From positions 124,994,001 through 125,058,000 of the forward strand of contig NW_024704742.1 in the NCBI RefSeq assembly GCF_018977255.1: DNA of 64,000 nt, read 5' to 3'. The notes below the pieces were generated by a model. The model saw only the letters and a list, made by a program, of their open reading frames with translations. It had not been told where the DNA came from and did no database searches. A program made the translations under genes and the position numbers. Positions within the stretch are counted from its first letter, which is position 1; the number at the start of each line of letters is the position of its first letter. Source of the DNA: Callorhinchus milii (taxonomy: Eukaryota). Shown here piece by piece: positions 48,214 to 59,915 of the stretch.

Positions 48214-50429
48214 GCATTACTGTATGATGGATCTTGCCTGAGTTCAACCAGAGGGTCGTAGTATCTAACCAAAATATTCTCAAGTCTTGACTTTGCAAAA
48301 TTTAAATGAAAAACGTTTGTTTTCGTGTCTTAACGGTTAGTTGTACGGAAAAAAAAGCATATTTGCTGGTGTGTCAGTCTAAAGGTGGAAAGCAGGGTCT
48401 CACCAGATCTTGTGAGATGCCTGACAGTTCAGCAATGTACATTTGCTTCCTTCTTAGCATTGATAAATGAATCCAAGTTCACTGAGATGGAAGGTCAGGG
48501 CAGTGGCAACAGTGTTTCAAAAACCTCAAGATTCCACTGATATAAGACTTAAACAAACAAGAAATTACTTTCATTGATTAAATGTAGATTGAATTAGCAG
48601 AAAAAATGATGAGCCCTGGTAGGGTTATGTCCTTCAGTCATTGTTTAACTCGGTTTGACAGATTCAATCTGCTCACACCCAAAGGAAGGCCAAAGATGTC
48701 ATTCATGGGTTTCGTACAACGCAAGATCCTTTGAGGAGCAAAATCGAAAAGTTGACTTTATCAACTCGCAGCCTGAAGCTACTGCTTTCATTTGGTCTTG
48801 TGTTACCGGAACAATACTATTACAGCAGGCACAAGGCTGCTGCGAATAATAATTATAGGTATCCCACAGGCACTGCTATTGTTGCTTTTAAGACTTGACA
48901 GAATGCATCTTGTCGGCATGACCTAGCAGATGGGGATTTGTCTTTCATCTTTCCGAAGAATCATAGGGGGAAACGAATGAAACGCTCCTTGATGAAGAAT
49001 ATTTTCTTCCATAGGATTTACTTGATTACTGCAGGTTGTTCTTCTTGTTCTTCTCAACAATACTCAGCACCTTAAGGAGGCATGAAAGTCAAGTGCACTG
49101 GAGAAGCACTGGGCCGACAGTCGGCAAATGACACAGGACAGACTCTGCTCCACATGCTGCTAATTTGTGTCACACAGTGCACAGCGTTATGTATTGATGG
49201 TGGGAAAAAATGAAGCAGAAAATTTGGTTTGAAAGAGATTTTGTTCTGCTGTCAATCTGCGGAACATTTAGCTAAGCTTTCTGGATGTAAAGTGGCATTG
49301 GTCCTTTTGTTGTATAAAGTCTTTTATATTATCCATATTGTCCTTGTCTGATCAAATACTGTTCAGTCAAATCAATATGGTTTCCGAGGCTGTCATATCA
49401 CAGTCATTGACTGATAGCTTTATTTCCTGGTATTCCCTGGATTAATTCCCTTGTTTTTTGCTGACCATAACCTCTCTTTACATCTGAAAAATATATTTTA
49501 GGCAAAAGTAACCTGGTAGAATTTTGCATGATCCAAATTTAGGAAAGCGAAAAGGGTACCGGAATATGTTTTACAATATATTCTGTGAAGCACTTTGAAA
49601 TGTCTGGACAGTGTGATAAGGTGCTATATCAAATGCAACGCTTATTATTATTATTATGATTATGATTATTATTATATTTTTCTAACCAGTTTACTGGTTG
49701 TCACTGATGTATCCCTGATAACCCTATGTATATATTTATATATACATATACATACATATATATACTGGGGAGTAGGGAGCAAGAGTGATCCAAGAGAGTT
49801 TCCATCAATCTGCTTGAACGATTGAAAAAAGCAAGCAAAAAGCATACCACTAGAGAGCAACAGCATGAAATGTTCACACCATAATCCAGCAAATTTATAT
49901 TCCATTCAAGTTCTATTAAGCAGGTGGCTATCTCTACAGAGTGATGTGAATTTCAATACAAATCTGGGCACTAGTTAGAGTTGTGCCGTGCAATTAATTT
50001 TGAGGGAGAAATTGTTTTAATATTTACTGTATCAATTTACATTATTTTCACTGTTACACGGAATATCTTGGCAATCAGTATTATAATAATAATCCTTGCA
50101 TTTCTGCCTTTTATGTCAGTCGACGTCTCAAAGTGTTTCAATAGATTAACTGTAAAGGGTAGTTAGTGAGTGTGTATTTTGTAGATGTACTCAGCTGCCA
50201 ATTTGTGCACACAAATGTCCCACATTATACTTTTCACCCATGTTTTCTTGAACATGTTTTCCCTGAAGGAACCAGCTCTAATTGAGGTACAATTCTACAG
50301 GTGCGTTGCTTCCATTCCCTACCCAAGTAATCATTCTTCATGTAGTATTGCAGCAGTAAATGTTGGAAGGCTATTCATCCTCTGGGACATTGCAGCCAAG
50401 TCCTATCCTGTTTTAATCCGACATTGAGA

Positions 50430-50660
50430 CAAAGCTATTTTCGAGCGTGAATTCAGGGTTAGTGATCAGGAGCAGAAATTACAACTGATTGTTACTCTTC
50501 CTTAGCCCAAGGGTTTGGAAACTATCCTCAGCTCCGACAGCTGCCCTGGTGGAGATCAGTTAACTCAGTACAGACCAGAGATTGAACCTGCGACCTTCTG
50601 CCCTGTATCACTTAGCACTGCATTGAGCAATGCTTTTACCAACAGAGGCATTGGGGAGCT
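50430..50660 (-). mobile_element. Decayed tRNA-headed SINE of a third family
   Basis: Minus strand has B-box-like GCAGGTTCAATCTCTGG followed by CTGAGTTAACTGATCTC and CTGCTCCTGATCAC; unrelated to the DeuSINE bodies here. Confidence 0.5.
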
Positions 50661-51129
50661 TCTGTATCATTCAATTAGAAAAAAAAACTGAAAAATAGGG
50701 CTTAACTAATAATATTCCTTGCATTTGATATAGTGCCTTTCACATCAGGAGGACATTTCGAAACACTTCACAGGATGTTCTGTACAAAATTATAGAGAGT
50801 ATATAGATACTATACAGGCAAACTGTATTTTTATTGGGTGGTAGCATATTGAAACCCACACAAAATATATTGTCAATTCACTTTACAGTATATTCTGTGA
50901 AGCGCTTTGAGACGTCTCGAAGACGTGATAAGGCGCCATATCAAATGCAAGGATTGTTGTTATTATATTATTATTATTGAAAGATCTCAAAGTGTTTCAC
51001 AGCAATCACTGTCCAGTGTAGTGATCCTTTCTGTAGTCAACAAAAGTTTGTTCAATATCTTTAAATCAGACGGGTTCTTAATTGTTAAAAATGTATCCAA
51101 TAATAACAATAATAATCTTTGCATTTGTT

Positions 51130-51566
51130 ATACAACAATAACAGCAAAATTATATTTGTATAGCGCCATATCACATCGTCTGGACATCTTAAAGCTCTAT
51201 TCTACATGAATATACTGTAAAGTGTTTTGACTTTGTATTTTGTGGGCGAAATGTGATGGCCAGTTTGTGCACAGCATGTCCCACAAATAGCCATGTAATG
51301 AGTAACCAATTTTATTCGGGGGATTTGTTGGCCAGGTCATCGGGAGAAACTCCCTACTCTTAGTGCCATGGGATCTTTAAAGTCCACCTGAATAAGAAGA
51401 CGGGACTTCGGATTAACATCTGATCTATCCTCTAACAATGCAGCACACTCTTGAACTGCATTGGAGTGTTAGCTTAGACTATGTGATTTAAAATCCCGAC
51501 ACTGGGGATGAACCCACAACCTTCTGACTCAGAGCCGAGAGTGCTACCACTGTACCAGGCTGACAC
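51130..51566 (-). mobile_element. Older SacSINE1-like DeuSINE, near full length
   Basis: Reverse complement GTGTCAGCCTGGTACAGTGGTAGCACTCTCGGCTCTGAGTCAGAAGGTTGTGGGTTC...AAAGATCCCATGGCACTA...Deu-like core and tail. Confidence 0.87.
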
Positions 51567-52259
51567 AACTAGTTTCTTTCACTTTGTATTTATCTACGCA
51601 CACATTTACACACATTTTATGTTATTAGCGTAAAAGTAGAAAATGCTGAAAAATACAGTAAGTCATTTGGCATCTGAAAGAGAGGCATATTAGAGTTATT
51701 GGATTTCTGGTGTAACACACAAGTACTGAAGGAAATGTTTTGGTATCATTAGGGTGAATAGCAATGTTAACACCCTCTTACAACAGATTATGGTACATCC
51801 TCAAAGTGATTCACTGGAAAATACCTCACAATTGATTCTTAGGCTTATGTTATGGATGCCAGAGTACTTTTAACTGAAAACAAAATTGCATTGACATCAA
51901 ACTGGTTCATGTTCCCTGAAGAGACATTTGAAGAACTTTTTTTTAAATATGCTTTGTATGATTTGAGTAGGATAAAATTTTAACAGCTGACGGGATTATG
52001 TGGATATTATCTCCGTGCACTCCTGAGAGCTTGTGACAAGCCATGTATCAGACAAAAAACATACGGAATAATATAAAATATCAGGGAGTTCATTTGAAAA
52101 TTGTTTAACCCTTTAGATACTCACATACATTTTATATCATGTAAAAAATCTAAAAGCCTAATATTAATTTGTCATTTTTCTTCCAAAACTTGTAATTACA
52201 TTTGTGTATCCTTTGCTGACATGGCAGTGAACCTGTCAGTATCATAAAATACATAATCC

Positions 52260-52718
52260 TTAATAATAATAATCATAATCCTTGAGTTTAATATAGTGCC
52301 TTGTCACATGTTGAGATGTCTCAAAGCTCTTCACAGAATATAATAATAATAATAATAATAATAATCCTTGCATTTGATATAGTGCCTTATCACATCTTTG
52401 AGATGTCTCAAAGTGTTTCACGGAATATACTGTAAAGTGAATTGGCTGTATATTTTGTGTGCGAAACATGGCAGCTAATTGCACACAGCAGTGTCCCACA
52501 AACAGTGGTGTATTGAGTGACCAATTTTTTTAAAAGGATTATTGCCCCCAGAAAAGCAATCCACCAATCGAGTGAAAACCAGGATCCTATTTACTGCTAG
52601 GTAAAGAGAACCATGCAGAGTAAGGAAATTTACCTAATGTTTCACCCTGCCCGGTAAACCAACCCAGATCCTCTAATTTGTGAGGAGATTGCTCTAACCA
52701 ATATGCTACAGGACTTCA
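52260..52718 (-). mobile_element. tRNA-derived SINE, long subfamily (52341-52718) with a second tail unit (52260-52340)
   Basis: Head TGAAGTCCTGTAGCATATTGGTTAGAGC on the minus strand, internal segment present, two consecutive stem-loop plus (AAT)n tails. Confidence 0.87.
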
Positions 52719-53454
52719 TTAAAAACAGATTTAATGGATGAACAAAATGTGTAGAATATGGAACAAAAATAAACTCTATGTCTACTCTGGGAATACTCTG
52801 CACAATAGACAGCCATCATAAGGTCTGAATTCAGATATACAGATAACGATCTGTATGTACAAGGCTTGTTAAATCAGTTAATTTAAATATGAATTGGTTC
52901 AAACTTTTCCCACAATTGCAAAAATGATCAATAAAACCACTCTCGAGCCTATTCGGAAGCCAATTATAGGCTGCTTCAAATTGAACAACTTCTTGTGTTT
53001 AGATTCGGCAACTATTATATTTTCCTTCACAATGCAGTGCAATAGGTACAGGTCAATGTCACTGCATGCAGCATTCATATTTATAAAAACACATTTATTT
53101 GATTGCATCATGCAGATGACTGTCAATCTGATTAAAAATAGATTCCTTTCCACTTTCAGATGACCAGAAAAACAAGTGGCAGAATCGAACTGACAGTTAA
53201 AAGATTTCACTACAATATGATATTTTCTTCAGTCGAACATTGAAGATAAATAATTTTGCAACATCAAATAAGTCGGTCATGTGTGACCTGCAATTTATTT
53301 TTGGAAGGGATCTTTGAATATATCACCTACTTATCGAGAGAGCATTGAATTGACTGTGCAACAAAAAGAAGGTACACTCTATGTATCTACTGTGTATATG
53401 TACATGGGATTTACAATAAATGGAAAATGTCAGCTACGTATTGATGTACATATT

Positions 53455-53531
53455 GTCCCACCCACCTCTGCGACCTGCTGCAATCCTATAGCCCTTGACA
53501 ATTTCTTTGTTCAACAAACACTGGCCTACTT
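53455..53531 (+). mobile_element. Old L2 fragment, left part (host of the CR1)
   Basis: Translates PTHLCDLLQSYSP*QFLCSTNTGLL, matching [25 protein letters not shown] of the young L2. Confidence 0.72.
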
Positions 53532-54466
53532 ATTAATACATTTGCTAACCAATCAAAACTGGGTGCTTTTGTTTGAGTCCTACGTAAAGGAGAAGACTTA
53601 CGACAGCCTCACTTGAGCAGAGAGCCCAGCAGCGTGAGGAGAAAACTGAGTGAGATGGAACAGAGTGAGAATTCTGTTAAGGAATTTGGTGAGAGTGGGA
53701 ATTCGATGCAGAGGGGAAAAGAAGTGCATAATTATAAAATATATAATGGTTATATTAAAAGAATATACAATATGTCTGGGAATATGGCAGGGCAACTGAT
53801 ACCGGTTGCAGGCACAATGTGTGCTATGTGGGAACTCCAGGATGCTTTGTGTACCCTGGACAAATGCGTGTCTAGGAGGTGCCTCCAGCTGCTCAAACTT
53901 GAGCTCAGGGTTTCTGAGCTTGAGGAGAGGCTGGTGTCACTACATATAGCATATGGAAGGTTGAAGAGTTCATGGAACGAATGTTTAATGACGTGATCAC
54001 TCCACAGCCATAGAGGGTTCAGAAGGAGAGTGAGTTGGTGACCACCCGGTATGGTAGGAAGAGGGGACAGGCAGCGCAGAAATCCACTGAGAGTGTGGCA
54101 CTCACAAATCAGTTTTCTATACTGAATTCCAGTCAGGGTGATGACACCTCTGGGGAGGGAAGTCAAAAGCAAATGGATGCACAAGGTGGAGATATGGAAG
54201 AGTGTCAATGCAATTGTCATTAGTGACACAATGGTGAATGGAGTAAACAGGTGTTTCTGCAGCCAAAGACGTGACTCTCACATTATATGTTGCCTTCCTG
54301 GTGCCAGGGTTGAAGACTTCATGGAAATTATGCAAAACATTCTACAGGGAGAAGGGGAACATCCAGAAGTTGTGGTCCATGTTGGGATCCATGATGTAAG
54401 GAAAAAAAGGGCTGAGATCCTACAGGGAGCATATCAGAAGCTAGGGAAAAAGCTAAAGCATAGGAC

Positions 54467-55984
54467 CAGCTCCACTTTCTTGCCCCACATATCACTGACA
54501 TCATCAACCTGTCCCTCTCCTCTGGCTCTGTCCCCATTCCATTAAAAACTGCCATCATCACGCCCACCCTGAAAAAACCCTCCCTTGATGCGTCGCAGCT
54601 ATCAAGCTACCGGCCCATCTCCAACCTCCCCTTTCTCTCCAAGGTCTTGGAAAGAGTTGTCGCCTCCCAACTGCGCTCTTTCCTTTCCACCCATTCTCTT
54701 TTTGAACCCCTTCAGTCAGGTTTCCGTGCTGCCCATAGCACAGAAACTGCCCTGGTCAAGGTCACCAATGATATCCTGACCATCTGTGACCAGGGCTCCC
54801 TCTGTCTCCTCGTCCTCCTCGACCTATCGGCAGCATTCGATACGGTCGACCACGCTATCCTACTCCACCGCTTGTCCTCCCACCTCAACCTTCAAGGCAC
54901 TGTCCTTGAATGGTTTAGGTCGTACCTTTCTCACCGTCTTCACTTTGTCTCAACGAATGGCTTCTCCTCCACCCCCCGTACTGTCTCATGTGGTGTCCCT
55001 CAGGGCTCTGTCCTCGGTCCCCTCCTCTTCACCCTCTATATGCTCCCCCTCGGTGACATCATCCGCAGACATGGAGTTAACTTCCACATGTATGCGGATG
55101 ACACCCAACTCTACCTTTCCTCCTCTACTCTCAACTCCACGACCACCGATGTCCTGACAGCCTGCCTGTCCGACATCGAGTCCTGGACGAGAGACAACTT
55201 TCTTCAGCTCAACGTGCGAAAAACCGAGGCCCTCCTGATTGGCTCACGTCAGCGCCTCCGCACCTCAGGCGCTGACACCATCAGCATCCAAGGCTGCACT
55301 CTCCACCTCTCAAAGCCAGTCAGGAACCTCGGCGTTTTGTTCGACCCTGAGCTGTCCTTTCTCCCTCACATCCGCACTACAACTGGCACCGCCTTCCATC
55401 ACCTTCGGAACATCGCCAGACTACGGCACTACCTCACCCCTCACGCTGCTGAAACCCTGGTCCACGCCTTTGTCACCTCAAGGCTGGACTATGGGAACTC
55501 TCTCCTCGCCGGCCTTCCCGCCACCTCCCTCCACAAGCTGCAGGTCATTCAGAACTCTGCAGCTCGTGTACTGTCCCGCACCAGGCTTCGCGACCACATC
55601 ACTCCCACCCTCGCTCGCCTCCACTGGCTCCCCATCCCCCAGAGGATTGATTTCAAGATCCTCATCCTCACCTACAAGGCCATTCACGGCCTTGCTCCCT
55701 CCTACCTCTCCAACCTACTATCCCCCTACCTACCTGCCCGTACCCTCCGTTCCTCTGGCTCCGGTCTGCTCCACGTCCCCCGCCCCAACCGCCCTACCAT
55801 CGGTGGTCGGGCCTTCAGCCTCTCAGCCCCAGGCTCTGGAACTCCATCCCCCAGTGCCTTCGCCTTGCTTCCTCCCTTTCCTCCTTCAAGGCCGGTCTCA
55901 AAACCTTTCTCTTTGACCGTGCCTTCAGCTCCCCTCTCGACTCTCTCCCCTCCTCGCTCCCTCCCTTCCCTCCCCTCACCCTGA
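54467..55984 (+). pseudogene. L2 ORF2 reverse transcriptase domain, 5'-truncated; 1-nt deletion at about 55827-55830 shifts the C-terminus
   Basis: [64 protein letters not shown]; no stop from 54467; GCCCCAGG here versus GCCCCCAGG in the 46569-47010 copy. Confidence 0.93.
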
Positions 55985-56075
55985 CCATTTCCCCCTCCTT
56001 GCTCCCTCCCTTCCCTCACCCTGACCATTCCCCCCCCTCCCCCCTTCCCTCCCCTCACCCTGACCATTTCCCCCC
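55945..56075 (+). repeat. ~40-bp pyrimidine-rich tandem repeat, three units, in the L2 3' UTR
   Basis: CCCTCACCCTGACCATT at about 55973, 56013 and 56052. Confidence 0.87.
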
Positions 56076-56565
56076 TGCTCGGGTCATGACCCAACTGTGC
56101 AGCGCCTTGGGACGTCCTCCTGACATGAAAGGCGCTTTATAAATGGAATCTTGTTGTTGTTGTTGTTGTTGTGGTGATCTCTGGATTACTCCCTGTGCCT
56201 CGTGCAAGTGAGTATCAAAACAGCAGGATCAAACACATGAATGCATGGCTGGAGAAATGGTGCAGAACAGAGGGCCTCAGGTGCCTGGATCTTTAGGACC
56301 AGTTCTAGGGCAGGTGGGACCTGTACAAGGTGGATGGATTATACTAGAACAGGGCTGGGACCAATGTCCTCGCAGGGAGGTTAACTCGTGCTGTGGGGAA
56401 GGGTTTAAACTAATTTTGAGGGGGGAAGGGAATCAGGATGTAGCATCAGAGAGGACAAACAAGTTACATTGATGGCTAGGAGATACAAATAGTAATGTAA
56501 TAAGGAGTAGTCCAGAAAAAGGAGGGATTAGATGGGGGAGAAATGCAGAGCAGACTGAGTCGGTC

Positions 56566-58570
56566 TTGGAGTGCATGTGTGTAAATGCACGGAGTGTGAC
56601 AATTAAGATTGATGAGCTGCAGGCTCAAGTTGCACATGGGGTTATGATGTAGTGGCAATAATGGACACCTAGCTCAAACAGGACAGGAATGGGAGCTGAA
56701 TATTCCTGGCTACAATGTATTCAAGAAGTATAGGGAAGGAAAAAAGGGAGGTGGGTTGGCAATATTGATTAAAGACACGCTTATGGCCCTGTAAAGGGAC
56801 AATGTGCTTTGCTAGATGGTCCAAAAACAGAATCTATTTGGTTAGGGTTAAGGAGTAGAAAAGGAGCTGTTACTCTGTTAGGTGTATACTATAGACCACC
56901 AAATAGTGGGAAGGAGATTTCAGAAAGATGCAAAACCAGTAGAGTTGTGATAATGGGGGACTTCAATTATCCTAACATAGACTGGCAAAATAACAGCATA
57001 AAAGGCAAGGAGGGGGAAGGATTCTTGAAATGTGTGCAGGATAACTTTCTGGATCAGTATGTTTCCAGCCCAACAAGGAAAAAAGCAGTGCTGGATCTAG
57101 TTCTGAGGAATGAAGTGGGCCAAATGGAGCAGGTTTCAGTAGGAGAACATATGGACAACAGTGATCATAACATCATTGGGCTTAGAGTACATATGGAAAG
57201 GGACAAGGAACAATCAAAGGTGAAGATACTCAACTGGAAGAGGGTTAATTTCAGTGAGTTAAAAGAGTATCTAGCCAAGGTGGACTGGAAAGAAAGATTG
57301 GCAGGTAAAACAGCTAATGAGCAATGGGAAGCCTGCAAGGAAGAATTAGTTCGGGGGCAAAACAAATACATTCCCACAAAAGGGAAAAGTAGGGCATCCA
57401 AACCTCCCTGGATGAATAAGGAATTTGGGATTAAAATAAAACAGAAAAACAAAGCTTAAAATAAATGTCAAGTCCAAAACACAGGAGATAATCAAATAGA
57501 CTATGGAAAATACAGAGGAGAACCAAAAAAGAAAATAAGAGGGCAAAGAGATTGTATGAGAAAAGATTAGCAGGTAACATAAAAGGGAACCCTAAGGTAT
57601 TTTATAGGCATATAAATAAAAGGTTAGTCAAAGGTAGGGTGGGTCCAACTAGGGACCAAAGAGGAAATCGTGTGGAGACAAAGGGCATGACTGACATACT
57701 GAATGAGTACTTTGCATTCCCCCAGGGGTCGGTATTGGACCACTGCTGTTTTTGATCTGTATAAATGACCTGGATGTGGGATGGTGAGGAGAATAGTAGC
57801 ACACTGCAAAAGGACATAGACAGACTGGTAAAATGGGTAGACAGGTGGCAGGTGAAGTTTCATGTAGATATATGCAAAGTGATCCATTTTGGGAGGAAGA
57901 ATGAGGAGAGCCAATAGAAGCTATATGGTATAATCTTAAAGGCAGTGACGGAACAGAGTGACCTGGGGGTTCATATAACTAAATCTTTGTAGGTGGCAGG
58001 ATAGGTAGATAAAACTGTTAAAATGCGTACGGGATACTAGGCTTTATAAATAGGGGCATAGAATACAAAAGTCAGGAAGTTATGATGAACCTTTATAAAA
58101 CACTGGTTAGACCTCGGCTAGTGTACTGTGTTCAGTTATAGGCACCACACTTTAAGAAGGATATCAAGGCATTGGAGAGGGTGCAAAGGAGATTTACCAG
58201 GGTAGTACCAGGAATGAGGGACTTCAGTTGTCAGGAGAGGCTAGAGAAGCTAGGATTATTCTCCTTGGAACAGAGAAGGTTAAGAGGAAGTTTTCAAAAT
58301 TATGAGGGGAATCAATAGGGTGAACAAGGAGAAACTATTTCCACTGGCAGGTGAGTCGGTAACCCTAGGACACTGATTTAAAATAGTTGTTAAAAGAAAC
58401 AGAGGGTAGATGAGGAGAATTTTTTTCACACAGCAAGTTGTTCAAATCTGGAATGCATTGCCTGAAAGTGTGGTGGAAGCTGATTCAATAACAACTTTTA
58501 AGAAAGAAATAGATAATTATTTGGGGAGGACAAGTTTGCAGGGCTATGGGGAGAGAGCGGGGAGCGGGAT
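56566..58570 (+). pseudogene. CR1 ORF2 (AP endonuclease plus RT), with stops, frameshifts and two deletions in the RT
   Basis: CVNARSV, GVYYRPPNS, VIMGDFNYPNIDW, LDLVL, SDHN; LNEYFAF joined directly to PQGSVL at about 57717; no F/YADD motif after about 57780; RRIFFTQQVVQIWNALP. Confidence 0.92.
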
Positions 58571-58661
58571 TGATTTGGATAGTGCTTTTCAAAGAGCAGA
58601 GGCACAGACACGATGGGCCAAATGGCCACTTTCTGTGCTGTATAATTCTATGATTTTATGA

Positions 58662-58890
58662 TACTTCACATCACCCCCTCGATCCCCCCCACCATCAGTA
58701 GACAAGCTTTCAGCCATTGTGCAATGTTCTCTGGAACTCCATCCCGGAGTCCCTCTGTCATGCTGCCTTCTTCCCTGCCTTAAGTCTATCTTTTTGACCG
58801 GCTTTCAACTCTTAATCACCAGAGTGAAATATTTTGAGACATTCTCCTGACAAGAAAGGTGCTGCATAAATGTAATTTTTTGTTGTTTTA
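58662..58890 (+). mobile_element. Old L2 fragment, right part with tail
   Basis: LHITPSIPPTISRQAFS...CTGGAACTCCATCCC continues the 53455-53531 fragment; decayed stem-loop and TTG tail. Confidence 0.75.
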
Positions 58891-59484
58891 ACTATCCACA
58901 TTATGGTACCGTGATGACTGATTTCTCTTTCGGTAGATTATGACATGTCACTGAAAGTTCCCAAATTTGCTGTTTGTATCAAAAAAAATGTAAAAGGCTC
59001 TATATAAATAAAATAATAAGTATCATTGCATTTTATTTAGTGCATTTCACATTGGGAGGATATCTCAAAGCACTTCATAGGATTTCACTACAACTGTGTA
59101 GTAACTGCCCAAAACAAATGTATATCTTGGACCCTTCCTATAGTTTGGATGCAGGTCCCAGCTCTCAAGAAAACAAGCACCGTTCCCTAACAGGAATTGA
59201 CCACATAAAATGAATAAATTTTTCGCCATAACTTCATTAACGCAATGATAAATTATAGCAAGTGTCTTAATCAACATCATTCATGTTTAGTACATAATTT
59301 TGACCCCCTACCCAATTCAACAACAACAACAACAAGATTACATTTGTACAGCGCCTTTCATGTCGGGAGGATGTCAAAAATTCCTAGAAAAAGCAATACT
59401 CAAGTATAAATTCCACAAAAGAACCATTGGTTAAGATTTTAGTATACAGACTTATGAATGATGTCTTTTCAGACTAATTAACCA

Positions 59485-59915
59485 GTGAAGTGCTGGGGGA
59501 GCCTGTATTGTCAGAGATGCCATCCCTTGAATGAGATATTAAACCAAGGTCCGTTCTGTCTGCTCAGGTGGATGGTAAAGATCCCATGGCATTCATTTGA
59601 GAACCGAAGGGAGTTTCTCCCAGTATCCTGGCCAACAACAACATTACATTTAGAGAGCGCCTTTCACTTCGTGAGGACGTCCCAAAGCGCTAAACAGTCA
59701 GGTGTCAGGGGCTGCCAGATAAATTGCTCCCAGATAAATTGCTGATCTCTTTCTTGGCTGTTTGTGGGACATTATGGTGCAGAAATTAGCTGCTGCATTC
59801 GCCTACAAAATACATAGTCATTATGCTTTACAATAAATCCTGTGAAGTGCTTTGTGATGTTTCGACAGTGTGATAAGATGCTATATCAAATGCAAAGATT
59901 ACTGGATTATTATTA
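59485..59915 (+). mobile_element. Old DeuSINE split by a minus-strand L2 tail (about 59633-59710)
   Basis: CAGGTGGATGGTAAAGATCCCATGGCA...CCTGGCCAAC, then (CAA)n-ATTACATTTAGAGAGCGCC...AAAGCGCT, then Deu-like core and tail. Confidence 0.82.

Larger units (their letters stand above)
54467..56170 (+). mobile_element. Young 5'-truncated L2 LINE inserted into CR1 ORF1
   Basis: RT domain, C-rich 3' UTR, stem-loop AGCGCCTT...AAGGCGCT (56101-56136), (GTT)n tail. Confidence 0.97.
53772..56413 (+). pseudogene. CR1 ORF1 (zinc-finger/leucine-zipper plus SGNH esterase-like), frameshifted and split by the L2 at 54467-56170
   Basis: MCAMWE...RRCLQLLKLELRVSELEERL; IVISDTMV...CCLPGARV...VVVHVGIHD...KKLKHRT, resuming VVISGLLPVPRASE after the L2. 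Confidence 0.87.
53532..58661 (+). mobile_element. CR1 LINE, both ends present, decayed and internally deleted; TSD TACTT
   Basis: 5' UTR, ORF1 (Cys motif, leucine zipper, esterase), ORF2 (AP endonuclease, RT remnants), tail TTCTATGATTTTATGA; TACTT at 53527-53531 and 58662-58666. Confidence 0.95.

Noticed and set aside
54647..55984. 445-aa ORF as a functional or domesticated RT gene
   Set aside because: Starts at an internal TTG of a 5'-truncated L2, lacks the endonuclease, has a frameshifted C-terminus and ends in an L2 tail
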